DNA of 64,000 nucleotides from an uncultured Chloroflexia bacterium (GCA_963720755.1 CAVRGP010000013.1:163369-227368), one strand, 5' to 3'; positions 38,397 to 48,010 are shown, counted from the stretch's first letter. Notes: generated by a model from the sequence alone, not told the origin. Numbers and translations: made by a program.

Positions 38397-39250
38397 CCTC
38401 GGCGCGGTCGTCCGGGCAGGCGACGCCCATCGTGGTCGAGGCGGTGGGTGTCGGGAAGGTTTTCGGCGCCGGATCAGGGTCGGTGAACGCGGTCGATGGG
38501 GTGGACCTGGCGATCCACGAGGGCGAGTTCGTCTCGCTCATCGGCCCGTCCGGGTGCGGCAAGTCGACGCTCCTTCGCCTGATCGCGGATCTGACCCAGC
38601 CGACCGGTGGGACCCTGGCCATCAACGGCAAGCCGGCCGCTCAGGCACGATCCGACCGTGATTACGGGATGGTCTTCCAGGCCCCGATCCTGATGGACTG
38701 GCGGACAGTCGCGAAGAACATCGAGCTTCCGCTCGAGATCATGGGATACCCCGCCGACGAACGACATCGGCGAGCCATCGACCTGCTGAAGCTGGTCGAA
38801 CTCGAGGCCTTCGGCGACCGGTACCCGTGGCAGCTGTCGGGCGGGATGCAGCAACGCGTCGCGATCGCGCGTGCGCTGTCGTTCGATCCGAAGCTGTTGT
38901 TGATGGATGAGCCGTTCGGCGCCCTCGACGAGATGACCCGAGAGCGCATGAATGCGGAACTGATGCGGATCTGGCGGCGGACCGGGACGACGATCGTGTT
39001 CGTCACGCACAGCATCCCGGAGGCGGTCTTCCTGTCCACGCGGGTCGTCGTGATGTCGGCCCGACCGGGCCGGGTCTCACAGGTGATCGACATCGATCTC
39101 CCGGATGAACGTGGCGTCGAGACCCGTGAGTCGGAGCCGTATTTCCGTCTCGTCACGCGGGTCCGCGAAGCGCTTCGCCAGGACGAGCCGTCCGATGCGG
39201 GACCGGATGACGCCGCGGGCCGGCGCGTCCGCGCCGAGGGCCTGTCGTGA
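38393..39250 (+). CDS. ABC transporter ATP-binding protein (NitT/TauT family)
   Basis: ATG overlaps the upstream stop (ATGA). Walker A (GPSGCGKST), signature (LSGGMQQRVAIARAL), Walker B (LLLMDEP). Confidence 0.85.
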   Translation: MTSARSSGQATPIVVEAVGVGKVFGAGSGSVNAVDGVDLAIHEGEFVSLIGPSGCGKSTLLRLIADLTQPTGGTLAINGKPAAQARSDRDYGMVFQAPILMDWRTVAKNIELPLEIMGYPADERHRRAIDLLKLVELEAFGDRYPWQLSGGMQQRVAIARALSFDPKLLLMDEPFGALDEMTRERMNAELMRIWRRTGTTIVFVTHSIPEAVFLSTRVVVMSARPGRVSQVIDIDLPDERGVETRESEPYFRLVTRVREALRQDEPSDAGPDDAAGRRVRAEGLS

Positions 39251-40023
39251 CGGCGTCGACCGCGCGCGAGTGGGTGCCCGCCATCGCGACGTTCGTCATC
39301 GTCCTGGTCGCCTGGGAGGTCGGCTTCCTCGTCCTCGGCGTCCAGTCGTTCCTGATCCCGCGCCCGAGCGTGATCGGGGAGCAACTCGTGTCCGACTGGG
39401 GGACGCTTGCCCGTGGCCTGATGTTCACCGGGACGGAGGCCGTCGCTGGATTGATCGTCGGCGTCGCGCTCGGAACGGGCGCCGGATTGGCGACGTCCCG
39501 CTGGGCGAGCGCGCGCGAGGTCCTGCTGCCCGTGGCGATCGGGGCCAGCACGATCCCGATCATCGCGTTCGCGCCGATCACCTTGAACTGGTTCGGGCCG
39601 GAGAGCCTCCTCCCGCGCATCACGATCGTCGCGGTGATGGTGTTCTTCCCGGTCATGGTCAATACGGTCCGAGGGCTCACGAACGTCGATCCGGGCGGAC
39701 TCGAGCTGCTGTCGTCCTACGCCGCCAGCGAACGCCAGACGCTGACCAAGCTGCGCGGGCCGAATGCGCTCCCGTACTGGTTCACCGCGCTGAAGATCGC
39801 CACGACCTTGAGTGTCATCGGTGCCGTGGTCGGCGAGTTCTTCGGGGGGCCGCTCTATGCGCTCGGGATCTACATCACGTTGCAGACCGGGGCCAGCAAG
39901 TATCCGGCGGCCTGGGCCGCCATCGTCCTGGCGTGTGTCCTGGGGATCGTCCTGTACCTCGCCGCCGTCGCGCTCGAGCGATTCATGATCCCCTGGTATA
40001 CGGACCGCGAAACGGCCCGATGA
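39247..40023 (+). CDS. ABC transporter permease (NitT/TauT family), second subunit
   Basis: Overlapping start. Permease fold paralogous to 37452..38396. Confidence 0.75.
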   Translation: MTASTAREWVPAIATFVIVLVAWEVGFLVLGVQSFLIPRPSVIGEQLVSDWGTLARGLMFTGTEAVAGLIVGVALGTGAGLATSRWASAREVLLPVAIGASTIPIIAFAPITLNWFGPESLLPRITIVAVMVFFPVMVNTVRGLTNVDPGGLELLSSYAASERQTLTKLRGPNALPYWFTALKIATTLSVIGAVVGEFFGGPLYALGIYITLQTGASKYPAAWAAIVLACVLGIVLYLAAVALERFMIPWYTDRETAR

Positions 40024-40121
40024 CCTTCCCCCTGGTGACCTACCATCCACCGTCAGGATGTCGTCGAGGTCGGCCCCGGGATGGCCAGTCGGCGAACAGG
40101 GAGTGAGGAGGAGCGATCGAC

Positions 40122-41222
40122 ATGAAACTGTCTCGCAAGCTGGTTGGTCTGTCGGCCGCGGCCGTGCTGGTGCTCGCGGCGTGCTCGAGCAGCGGATCGT
40201 CCGCCGCGGCCCTGACGCCGGTCAAGTTCCAGCTCCAGTGGGTCGCCCAGTCCCAGTTCGCCGGCTACTACGCGGCGATCGATCAGGGCTATTACAAGGA
40301 CGCCGGCCTCGACGTCACGCTGTTGCTGGGTGGACCGAACATCAATAACGTCCAGGTCGTGGCGACCGGCGGGGCGGACATCGGGACGGCGTGGCTGCCG
40401 AACATGCTCCAGTCGCGCGAGGGCGGGACGGACCTCGTCTCGATCGCCCAGATCTTCCAGCGCTCGGGCACGCGGATGGTGTCGTTCACGGGCGCGAACA
40501 TCACGACCCCTGCCAGCATGGCCGGCAAGAAGATCGGCAGTTGGCTGGGCGGCAACGAGCCCGAACTGTTCGCGGCATTGACCAAGGCCGGGCTCGATCC
40601 GACCACGCAGAACATCATCAAGCAGAACTTCGACATGTCCGGACTGCTCAACGGCGACCTCGACGTCGCCCAGGCGATGATCTACAACGAATACGCCCAG
40701 GTCCTCGAGGCGAAGGACCCGGCCACCGGGGAGCTGTACAAGCCGAGCGACCTCAACCTGGTCGACTTCAACGACCCAGCGGTCGGGACGGCCATGCTCC
40801 AGGACCAGATCTTCGCCACCGATGCGTGGCTCAAGTCGGGCAACAACGCCGATGTCGCGGAGAAGTTCCTGGAGGCGACCTTCAAGGGTTGGATCTTCTG
40901 TCGTGACAACGCCCAGAAGTGCGTCGACATCGTGCTCGCCAAGGGGTCGCAGCTCGGGGCCAGCCATCAGGCCTGGCAGATGAACGAGATCAACGGGCTC
41001 ATCTGGCCGTCACCGAACGGGATCGGCCTCCTGGACCAGACCCTCTACGAGCAGACGGTTTCGATCGCCACCACCTACGGCGTCCTCCAGGCCGCGCCCG
41101 CTGATGGGGCGACCCGGACGGACCTCGCCCAGAAGGCCCTCGACGCGCTCGGCAGCTCGGTCGACACGAAGGGCATGAGCTTCACGAAGGCGACGGTCAC
41201 GCTGACCGAGGGCGGCAACTAG
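40122..41222 (+). CDS. ABC transporter substrate-binding lipoprotein (NMT1/THI5/SsuA-like)
   Basis: RBS GGAGG. Lipobox LAACSS. NMT1-like fold pattern. Confidence 0.8.
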   Translation: MKLSRKLVGLSAAAVLVLAACSSSGSSAAALTPVKFQLQWVAQSQFAGYYAAIDQGYYKDAGLDVTLLLGGPNINNVQVVATGGADIGTAWLPNMLQSREGGTDLVSIAQIFQRSGTRMVSFTGANITTPASMAGKKIGSWLGGNEPELFAALTKAGLDPTTQNIIKQNFDMSGLLNGDLDVAQAMIYNEYAQVLEAKDPATGELYKPSDLNLVDFNDPAVGTAMLQDQIFATDAWLKSGNNADVAEKFLEATFKGWIFCRDNAQKCVDIVLAKGSQLGASHQAWQMNEINGLIWPSPNGIGLLDQTLYEQTVSIATTYGVLQAAPADGATRTDLAQKALDALGSSVDTKGMSFTKATVTLTEGGN

Positions 41223-41298
41223 CCGCTCGCGGTCCGATCGACATCGACGGGTCGGCTCGTGATGGGCCGGCCCGCCGATCCTTGCGGGATCCGGGCGA

Positions 41299-42309
41299 CT
41301 AGGCGGACCTGGCCCAGGAACGAAGCGTCTTCATGTAGTTGGCGCGCTCGAAGGCGGCCGGGTCCCCGACCGTCGCCTGGCTCGCACTGCCCCGGAGTTG
41401 CGCGACCGAATCGTATTCGCGCTCGGTCAGCCACGCTTGCAGATCGGATATGACGGTGGCGATGTGCTCGGGGCCCTGGCGGAGCAGGGCGGAGGTCATC
41501 ATCACGACGTCGGCCCCGACCATGAGCCCCTTGACCACGTCGGTCCCGCTCGCTGCTCCCGAGGTCGCCGCGAGCGACACACGGGCGTCCAGTTGCGGTC
41601 GAAGGATGGCGATCCAGCGGACCGGCAAACGCATCTCCCAGGGGTGGCTCAACTCCAGCCGCGGCACGACCTCGAGCGCGTCGAGATCGAGGTCCGGCTG
41701 GTAGAAGCGATTGAACAGCACCAGCCCGTCGGCACCCGCGGCGACGGCCCGGGCGGCGAAGTTGGCGAAGGCCGAGTAGAACGGGCTCAGCTTGACCGCC
41801 AGGGGGATGGCGATCGCATCGCGAACGGCGCCGATCAACGCGAGATCGATCGCGTCCATCTCGTCCGCCGTCCGGCGCGGGTCGGTGGCGAGGTGGTAGA
41901 GGTTGAGTTCGAGCGCATCGGCGCCGGCCGCCTCCAGCTGGCGGGCATAGGCGACCCACCCGCCGGGCGAGCTCGCGTTGAGGCTGGCGATGATCGGCAC
42001 GTCGACGGCCGCCTTGACCCGTTCCAGCGAGGCGACGTATCGATCCGCCGCGCTGGCCAGACCTTCGACCGCCGGGAAATAGTCGAGCGCCTCGGCGAAC
42101 TGGCCGGTGCCCTGCTCGAGCGCGCGATCGAGGTCCAGCGCCTCGCCCACGACCTCTTCCTCGAACAGCGACGGGAGGACGATCGCGCCGACTCCCGCGC
42201 GCTCGAGGCGGCGAGCCATGTCGGGGTTCCCGTTGTCCGGTGCGGCCGAAGCGACGACCGGCGACCGAAGGTCGAGTCCCAGGTAGCGCGTGCGCAGATC
42301 GACGCTCAC
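41299..42309 (-). CDS. Dihydroorotate/dihydropyrimidine dehydrogenase-like TIM-barrel flavoprotein with non-canonical active-site loop
   Basis: GTG start overlaps the PFOR stop (GTGA), with GGAGG inside the PFOR 3' end. DHOD/DPD PF01180-like fold (IIASLNASSPGGW..., C-terminal FMN/phosphate loop GLMVGADVVMMTSALL). The position of the catalytic NxSCPN loop reads ELNLYHLATDP. Confidence 0.7.
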   Translation of the reverse strand: MSVDLRTRYLGLDLRSPVVASAAPDNGNPDMARRLERAGVGAIVLPSLFEEEVVGEALDLDRALEQGTGQFAEALDYFPAVEGLASAADRYVASLERVKAAVDVPIIASLNASSPGGWVAYARQLEAAGADALELNLYHLATDPRRTADEMDAIDLALIGAVRDAIAIPLAVKLSPFYSAFANFAARAVAAGADGLVLFNRFYQPDLDLDALEVVPRLELSHPWEMRLPVRWIAILRPQLDARVSLAATSGAASGTDVVKGLMVGADVVMMTSALLRQGPEHIATVISDLQAWLTEREYDSVAQLRGSASQATVGDPAAFERANYMKTLRSWARSA

Positions 42310-45300
42310 GATTCGCCTCCTTCGCCGTCCTGTCCGGATCCCGCGTCACCCTCGACCTCGGCCCCGACGTTCGCTTCGGGTCGATCGAGGTGCGGGACCG
42401 TCCGCTCGATGTCGGCCAGTTGCTCGTAGTAATGCCGGTGTTCGTCGGCATCGGATTGGGCGAGGGACGCGAGCTCGGCCGCGCGCTCCGGGTGCGTCCG
42501 CTTGAGCACGGAGAACCGTGTCTCGTTGCCCACGAATTCCGCGATCGGGATCGATGGCGCGGCGGAGTCGAGTTTGAACGGCTTGACGCCGTCGACCTCG
42601 GATGGCTGGAACCGATAGAGCGGCCAGTAGCCACTCCGGACCGCGTCCTTCTGGTGGGTCATCGACTTCGACATGTCGATCCCGTGGGCGATACACGTGC
42701 TGTAGGCGATGACCAGCGACGGTCCCGGCCAGGCATCGGCCTCGAGGAGCGCCTTGGTCGTCTGGAGGTCGTTCGCACCCATCGCCACCTGGGCGACGTA
42801 GACGTTGCCATACGAGCGGGCGATCGCCCCGAGATCCTTCTTGGCCGTGCCTTTGCCGGCGGCCGCGAACTTGGCCACCGCCCCGCGTGGGGTCGCCTTC
42901 GAGGACTGGCCACCGGTGTTCGAATAGACCTCCGTGTCGAGGACCAGGATGTTGACGTTGCGTCCGGACGACAGGACCTGGTCGACGCCACCGAACCCGA
43001 TGTCGTAGGCCCAGCCGTCGCCGCCGATGATCCAGATGCCCGTCCGAACGAGGTCGCCGGCGAGCGCGAGCAGGTGCCGGGCGTCCGCGGCCCCCGGACC
43101 GTCGATCCTGGTGAGGCTGTCGCGCAAGCGGTCGATTCGCTCCCGCTGGGCGGTGATCTCCGGCTCCGTGTCCTGGGTGGCGTCCAGGATCGCCGTGGCG
43201 AGGCCTTCGCCGATGTCGGGCGCCAGGCGCTCGACCAGACGGCGAGCCTGGTCGGTCTGGGCGTCGAGCGCGAGCCGCATCCCCAGCCCGAACTCCGCGT
43301 TGTCCTCGAACAGCGAGTTGCTCCACGCCGGGCCGCGTCCGGCCGCGTTCACGGCCCATGGCGTGGTCGGCAGGTTCGCGCCGTAGATCGACGAGCAACC
43401 GGTCGCGTTGGCGACGATCATCCGGTCGCCGAAGAGCTGGCTGACCAGCCGGATGTAGGGCGTCTCGCCGCAACCGCCGCAGGCGCCGGAGAATTCGAAC
43501 AGCGGCTCCAGGACCTGGCTGCCCTTCACTGAATCGTGCGGGATCAGGCCGCGATCGAGCGGCGCGATCGACTGGAAGAAGTCCCAGCGGACACGCTCCG
43601 TGTCGCGGTGGTCGAGGACCGGTTCCATGTTGATGGCCTTGTGGCTCGTGTCCGTCTTGCTCTTGGCAGGACAGACGTCGACGCACACGCCGCACCCGGT
43701 GCAGTCGTCGGGCGCGACCTGGATCGTCAGGCGATGATCGAGCAGGTCCCGGGACTTGAATTCCTTGCTCAGGAATAGGGCGGGCGCCGACTCGACCGCC
43801 GCGGACGGGAAGACCTTCATCCGGATCGTCGCGTGCGGACAGACCATGGCGCACTTGCCGCAGTCGATGCAGATGGCCGGATCCCACACCGGGATCTCCT
43901 GCGCGATCGCTCGCTTCTCGTACTGCGTGGTCCCGGTCGGGAACGTGCCGTCGACCGGGAGGGCGCTCACCGGCAGGAGGTCGCCTTCGCCGGCCATCAG
44001 CCGGGATGTCACCCGGGTGACGAAGTCCGGAACGCCCTCAGGAGCAGACGGTGTCGTCGGCTGGTCGTTCGTGACCGTGCCGAGCGAGACGTGGGCGAGG
44101 CGTGCGAGAGAGCTGTCGATCGCGTCGAAGTTTCGGGTCACGATCGCCTCGCCGCGCTTCGCGTAGGTGGCTTCGACCCATGACTTGATCCGGGCGACGG
44201 CCTCATCCGGCGGCAGGATCCCGGCCAGCTGGAAGAAGCACGGCTGCATGACGGTGTTGATCCGGCTGCCCATCCCGGCCTCGTTGGCGACGGCGGATGC
44301 GTCGATCACCCAGAAGTCGATCGCCTTGTCGATCAGCAGTTGCTGGACGCCGCCCGGCAGGTGTTCCCAGACCTCATCAGGACCGTACGGAGCGTTGAGC
44401 AGGAACGTCGCGCCGTGCTTCGCGTACTCGAGGACCTTGGTCCTGCCGAGCATCCCGAACTGATGGCAGGCGATGAAGTCGGCATCGTCGATCAGATAGG
44501 TGGAGCGGATGGGTTCGGGCCCGAACCGAAGGTGGGAGACCGTGATCGAACCGGACTTCTTCGAGTCGTACACGAAGTAGCCCTGGGTGAACAGGTCGGT
44601 ACCCTCGCCGATGATCTTGATCGATGCCTTGTTGGCGCCGACGGTGCCATCCGAGCCGAGCCCGAAGAACATCGCCTGGACCTCGCCGGCCGGGCGGGAA
44701 TGACGGAAGTCGTGGTCGATCGGCAGGCTGAGGTGGGTGACGTCGTCGTAGATCCCGACGGTGAAGTGGCGTCGCGATCTGGCCACGGCCAGCTCGTCGA
44801 AGATCGGCTTGATCATCGACGGCGTCATCTCCTTCGACGACAGGCCGTACCGGCCACCGATCACCCGCGGCGACGTCGCGAAGCGGGGCTTGTCGACGTC
44901 CTGTGCCTCGTCCAGGGCGGCCAGCACTTCGAGGTAGAGCGGTTCACCGACCGCGCCGGGCTCCTTCGTCCGATCCAGGACCGCGATGGCCCTGGTCGTG
45001 GACGGGAGGGCCGCGAGGAGCGCCGCGGCAGGGAATGGCTGGAACAGTCGGATCCGGAGCATCCCCACCCGCTCCCCGGCAGCGACCAGCGTGTCGACCG
45101 TCTCCTCGACCGCGCCCGAGGCTGAGCCCATGACGACGACGACGCGGTCCGCGTCCGGGGCGCCGTGGTAGTCGACGAGCCCGTACTGGCGGCCGGTCCG
45201 GGTCGCGAGCTCATCCATGACGTCCTGGACGATGCCGGGAACGGCAAGGTGGAACGGGTTCGACGCCTCACGCGCCTGGAAGAAGACGTCCGGGTTCTGC

Positions 45301-45956
45301 GCGGTCCCGCGGACGACCGGCGCGTCCGGAGTCAGACCCTGGCGGCGGAAGGCCAGGACATCGTCGTCGCGGATCAGGGCCTGGATGTCGTCCCGATCGA
45401 GGATCGCGATCTTGTCGACCTCGTGCGAGGTGCGGAAGCCGTCGAAGAAATGGAGGAACGGGACGCGCGACCGGAGCGTCGCCGCGTGCGCCACCAGCGC
45501 GAAGTCGTGCGCCTCCTGGACCGATCCGGCGGCGAGCATCGCCCAGCCGGTCGTGCGGGCATGCATCACGTCGCTGTGGTCGCCGAAGATCGACAGGGCG
45601 TGGGTCGCGATCGTCCGGGCCGCCACGTGGATGACCGCCGGCGTCAGTTCACCGGCGATCTTGAACATGTTCGGGACCATCAGGAGCAGGCCCTGGGACG
45701 CGGTGAACGTCGTCGCGAGAGCGCCCTTCTGGAGTGCGCCGTGGAGGGCACCGGCCGCCCCCGCCTCGGACTGCATCTCGACGATCTCCGGGACCTTGCC
45801 CCACAGGTTCGGCTGTCCCGCGGCGGACCAGTCGTCACAATGCTCGGCCATCGGGGAGGCCGGGGTGATCGGGTAGATCGAGATGACTTCGCTGACGGCG
45901 TAGGCGACCCGTGCCGCTGCTTCGTTGCCGTCGACACACTCGTGCTGCTTGTCCAC
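42306..45956 (-). CDS. nifJ: Pyruvate:ferredoxin (flavodoxin) oxidoreductase, single-polypeptide NifJ type
   Basis: 1216 aa. N-terminal PFOR domain I (YPITPASPMAEHCDDW). 2x[4Fe-4S] ferredoxin domain (CIDCGKCAMVCPH ... CTGCGVCVDVCP). TPP-binding C-terminal domain (GGDGWAYDIGFGG). GGAGG-N7-GTG start. Confidence 0.9.
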   Translation of the reverse strand: MDKQHECVDGNEAAARVAYAVSEVISIYPITPASPMAEHCDDWSAAGQPNLWGKVPEIVEMQSEAGAAGALHGALQKGALATTFTASQGLLLMVPNMFKIAGELTPAVIHVAARTIATHALSIFGDHSDVMHARTTGWAMLAAGSVQEAHDFALVAHAATLRSRVPFLHFFDGFRTSHEVDKIAILDRDDIQALIRDDDVLAFRRQGLTPDAPVVRGTAQNPDVFFQAREASNPFHLAVPGIVQDVMDELATRTGRQYGLVDYHGAPDADRVVVVMGSASGAVEETVDTLVAAGERVGMLRIRLFQPFPAAALLAALPSTTRAIAVLDRTKEPGAVGEPLYLEVLAALDEAQDVDKPRFATSPRVIGGRYGLSSKEMTPSMIKPIFDELAVARSRRHFTVGIYDDVTHLSLPIDHDFRHSRPAGEVQAMFFGLGSDGTVGANKASIKIIGEGTDLFTQGYFVYDSKKSGSITVSHLRFGPEPIRSTYLIDDADFIACHQFGMLGRTKVLEYAKHGATFLLNAPYGPDEVWEHLPGGVQQLLIDKAIDFWVIDASAVANEAGMGSRINTVMQPCFFQLAGILPPDEAVARIKSWVEATYAKRGEAIVTRNFDAIDSSLARLAHVSLGTVTNDQPTTPSAPEGVPDFVTRVTSRLMAGEGDLLPVSALPVDGTFPTGTTQYEKRAIAQEIPVWDPAICIDCGKCAMVCPHATIRMKVFPSAAVESAPALFLSKEFKSRDLLDHRLTIQVAPDDCTGCGVCVDVCPAKSKTDTSHKAINMEPVLDHRDTERVRWDFFQSIAPLDRGLIPHDSVKGSQVLEPLFEFSGACGGCGETPYIRLVSQLFGDRMIVANATGCSSIYGANLPTTPWAVNAAGRGPAWSNSLFEDNAEFGLGMRLALDAQTDQARRLVERLAPDIGEGLATAILDATQDTEPEITAQRERIDRLRDSLTRIDGPGAADARHLLALAGDLVRTGIWIIGGDGWAYDIGFGGVDQVLSSGRNVNILVLDTEVYSNTGGQSSKATPRGAVAKFAAAGKGTAKKDLGAIARSYGNVYVAQVAMGANDLQTTKALLEADAWPGPSLVIAYSTCIAHGIDMSKSMTHQKDAVRSGYWPLYRFQPSEVDGVKPFKLDSAAPSIPIAEFVGNETRFSVLKRTHPERAAELASLAQSDADEHRHYYEQLADIERTVPHLDRPEANVGAEVEGDAGSGQDGEGGES

Positions 45957-46115
45957 GTGCGGGCCTCCCGTTGAGGGACCTGGTCGTGACGCGTCCCTTT
46001 GTCGGGTTCGGTCCGAACAGCATCGTGGGCTTCGGGTGCGACCGACGAACAGGGCCGAAGGGCCCGCTCAGCCGGGACGCTCGGGGCAGATACGCCGGGC
46101 GACCCAGTTGTCAGT

Positions 46116-46129
46116 TATTTGCGCAAATA
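46116..46129. promoter_or_regulatory. Perfect 14-bp palindrome TATTTGCGCAAATA in the divergent PFOR / CPVC-membrane-protein intergenic region; candidate operator
   Basis: Read directly. Followed by TAGAGT (-10-like) and a GTTGACG direct repeat before the 46195 start. Confidence 0.45.
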
Positions 46130-46194
46130 CGCAAGCACATGCTAGAGTGGACCACCGTTGGGTGCCTTCGTTCAGTTGACGTAGGGTTGACGAC

Positions 46195-46713
46195 ATGTCC
46201 ACAGCGACTTCCTTCGACGATGTGCTGGCCACGATCGACCGGCAATTCGCTGCCCACGCCGTGCTCTGGACGATCGCCTCGCTCCTGGCCTTCGGGTTGG
46301 TCGCGGCCATCATCCCCAACCCGATCTTCGGTCGGCAGGTTCCCGTCGAGCCATTCGCGATCGTCGTCTGGATCCTGTCGGCTCCGCTCATGGGCTTGCT
46401 CGGGGCGACCTACACGTCTCCGGGCGCGGCCGTTCCCGCCGAGCCGGCCACGCTCGTCCTCGCCCCGGCCGGAGGGACCGCCGCGGACCGCGACGGGACC
46501 ACCATCGGGGCGGTGGCCAGCGTCGGTGCGTTCCTCGCGATCGGCTGCCCGGTCTGCAACAAGATCGCCCTGGTCCTGCTCGGGACGAGCGGGGCGATGA
46601 CCATCTTCGCTCCGCTCCAACCCGTCATCGGAGCGGTTTCGCTCGCCCTCCTGGTCGCCACCCTGATCTGGCGGTTCCGGCTGCGAACGCGAGCCGGGGC
46701 CTGCCGCATCTGA
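46195..46713 (+). CDS. Membrane protein with intramembrane CPVC motif (four TM helices)
   Basis: 172 aa. GCPVCNKIALVLLG inside a predicted helix. No family recognised. Confidence 0.5.
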   Translation: MSTATSFDDVLATIDRQFAAHAVLWTIASLLAFGLVAAIIPNPIFGRQVPVEPFAIVVWILSAPLMGLLGATYTSPGAAVPAEPATLVLAPAGGTAADRDGTTIGAVASVGAFLAIGCPVCNKIALVLLGTSGAMTIFAPLQPVIGAVSLALLVATLIWRFRLRTRAGACRI

Positions 46714-46775
46714 GCGGCCTGGCTCCACGACCCGGAATGTCCACGCTCACCCACCCGCGCCAAAGGAGCCACCTC

Positions 46776-47174
46776 ATGCATCACCGATCCACTCGCGTCG
46801 TCATGGTCGCCCTCGTTGCCCTGGTGGCGATCGCCCTGGCCGGGTGCGGCGGCTCTGCGGCCCCGGCCGCAGTCCAGAAAGTGGGCGCGACCGAGGCCGT
46901 GAACATGCTCGACACACGGATCGTCGTCGACGTCCGCACGCCCGGGGAGTACGCCGCGGGGCACGTCGCCGGAGCCCGTAATATCGATGTCGAGGCGGCC
47001 GATTTCTCCGCGCAGATCGCGACGCTCGACAAGAGCGCCGCGTACCTCGTCTACTGTCACTCGGGCCGGCGGAGTGCCATCGCGGCCGATCAGATGGCCA
47101 CGGCCGGGTTCACGGACATCGTCGACGGCGGTGCGATGCCGGACCTCGTGGCGGCCGGCGCGCCCACCGAGTAG
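46776..47174 (+). CDS. Single-domain rhodanese (sulfurtransferase) lipoprotein
   Basis: AAAGGAG RBS. Lipobox LAGCGG. Rhodanese active-site loop CHSGRRS. Confidence 0.7.
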   Translation: MHHRSTRVVMVALVALVAIALAGCGGSAAPAAVQKVGATEAVNMLDTRIVVDVRTPGEYAAGHVAGARNIDVEAADFSAQIATLDKSAAYLVYCHSGRRSAIAADQMATAGFTDIVDGGAMPDLVAAGAPTE

Positions 47175-47236
47175 GGGAGGGTCCGGCCGGCGCCCAGGCC
47201 CGACCGCGACGGGCACCACCAGGCGCGCGCCCGCCT

Positions 47237-47887
47237 TCAGCTCGTTCGGCCGGTCCCGAACTGGCGATCGCCGGCATCGCCCAGCCCGGGCAGGATGTAG
47301 CCCTTCTCGTTGAGCTGGCGATCGAGCGCGGCGCAGTAGATCGCCACATCTGGGTGCGCCGAGGCGACCGCCTCGACGCCCTCCGGCGCGGCGATGAGAT
47401 TGACCAGCTTGATCCGGACGGGTTTGACAGCGCCCCACTTCTTGAGGACCTCGATGGCCGCCGTCGCGGAGCCGCCCGTCGCGAGCATCGGATCGAGGAT
47501 CAGACACAGGTCGACCGTCGCCGAGTCCGGCAACTTGTTGTAGTACTCGACCGGCCGAAGCGTCTTCTCGTCGCGGAACAGGCCCAGATGCCAGACCTGC
47601 GCCGTCGGCATCAACTCGAGCATCGCGTCGACCATCCCGAGACCGGCCCGGAGGATGGGGACCAGCCCGATCCGCTCGCCCAGCTCGTGCGCCGACATGG
47701 TCTCCATCGGCGTCGCGATCTCGCGTGATCGAACCGCGACGTCCGCCAGTGCCTCGTACCCGAGCAGCCAGGACAGTTCGCGGACGACCTCGCGGAATTT
47801 CTTCGGTTCGGTCTGCTCGTCGCGCAGGATCGCAAGCTTGTGCTGGACGGCGGGATGCTGCGAGACGTGGAGTGTCGAGGCGGCCAT
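47237..47887 (-). CDS. upp: Uracil phosphoribosyltransferase
   Basis: C-terminal 216 codons of table ORF 47237..48499. Upp motifs ([39 protein letters not shown]). Confidence 0.85.
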   Translation of the reverse strand: MAASTLHVSQHPAVQHKLAILRDEQTEPKKFREVVRELSWLLGYEALADVAVRSREIATPMETMSAHELGERIGLVPILRAGLGMVDAMLELMPTAQVWHLGLFRDEKTLRPVEYYNKLPDSATVDLCLILDPMLATGGSATAAIEVLKKWGAVKPVRIKLVNLIAAPEGVEAVASAHPDVAIYCAALDRQLNEKGYILPGLGDAGDRQFGTGRTS

Positions 47888-48010
47888 GGTCGTCGGAAGT
47901 CCTCCGGAAAACGAGGATGGATGGCGCGCACCCATCGTAGCAACCGAGGGGGTATCCTCGCCCTCCCAGCGGTGTCCGGTCGCTGGGTCGTCATCGGAGA
48001 CTGATCGATC

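Noticed and set aside
35819-40050. 501-aa and 462-aa minus-strand ORFs
   Set aside because: Antisense to the aminotransferase and ABC transporter genes.
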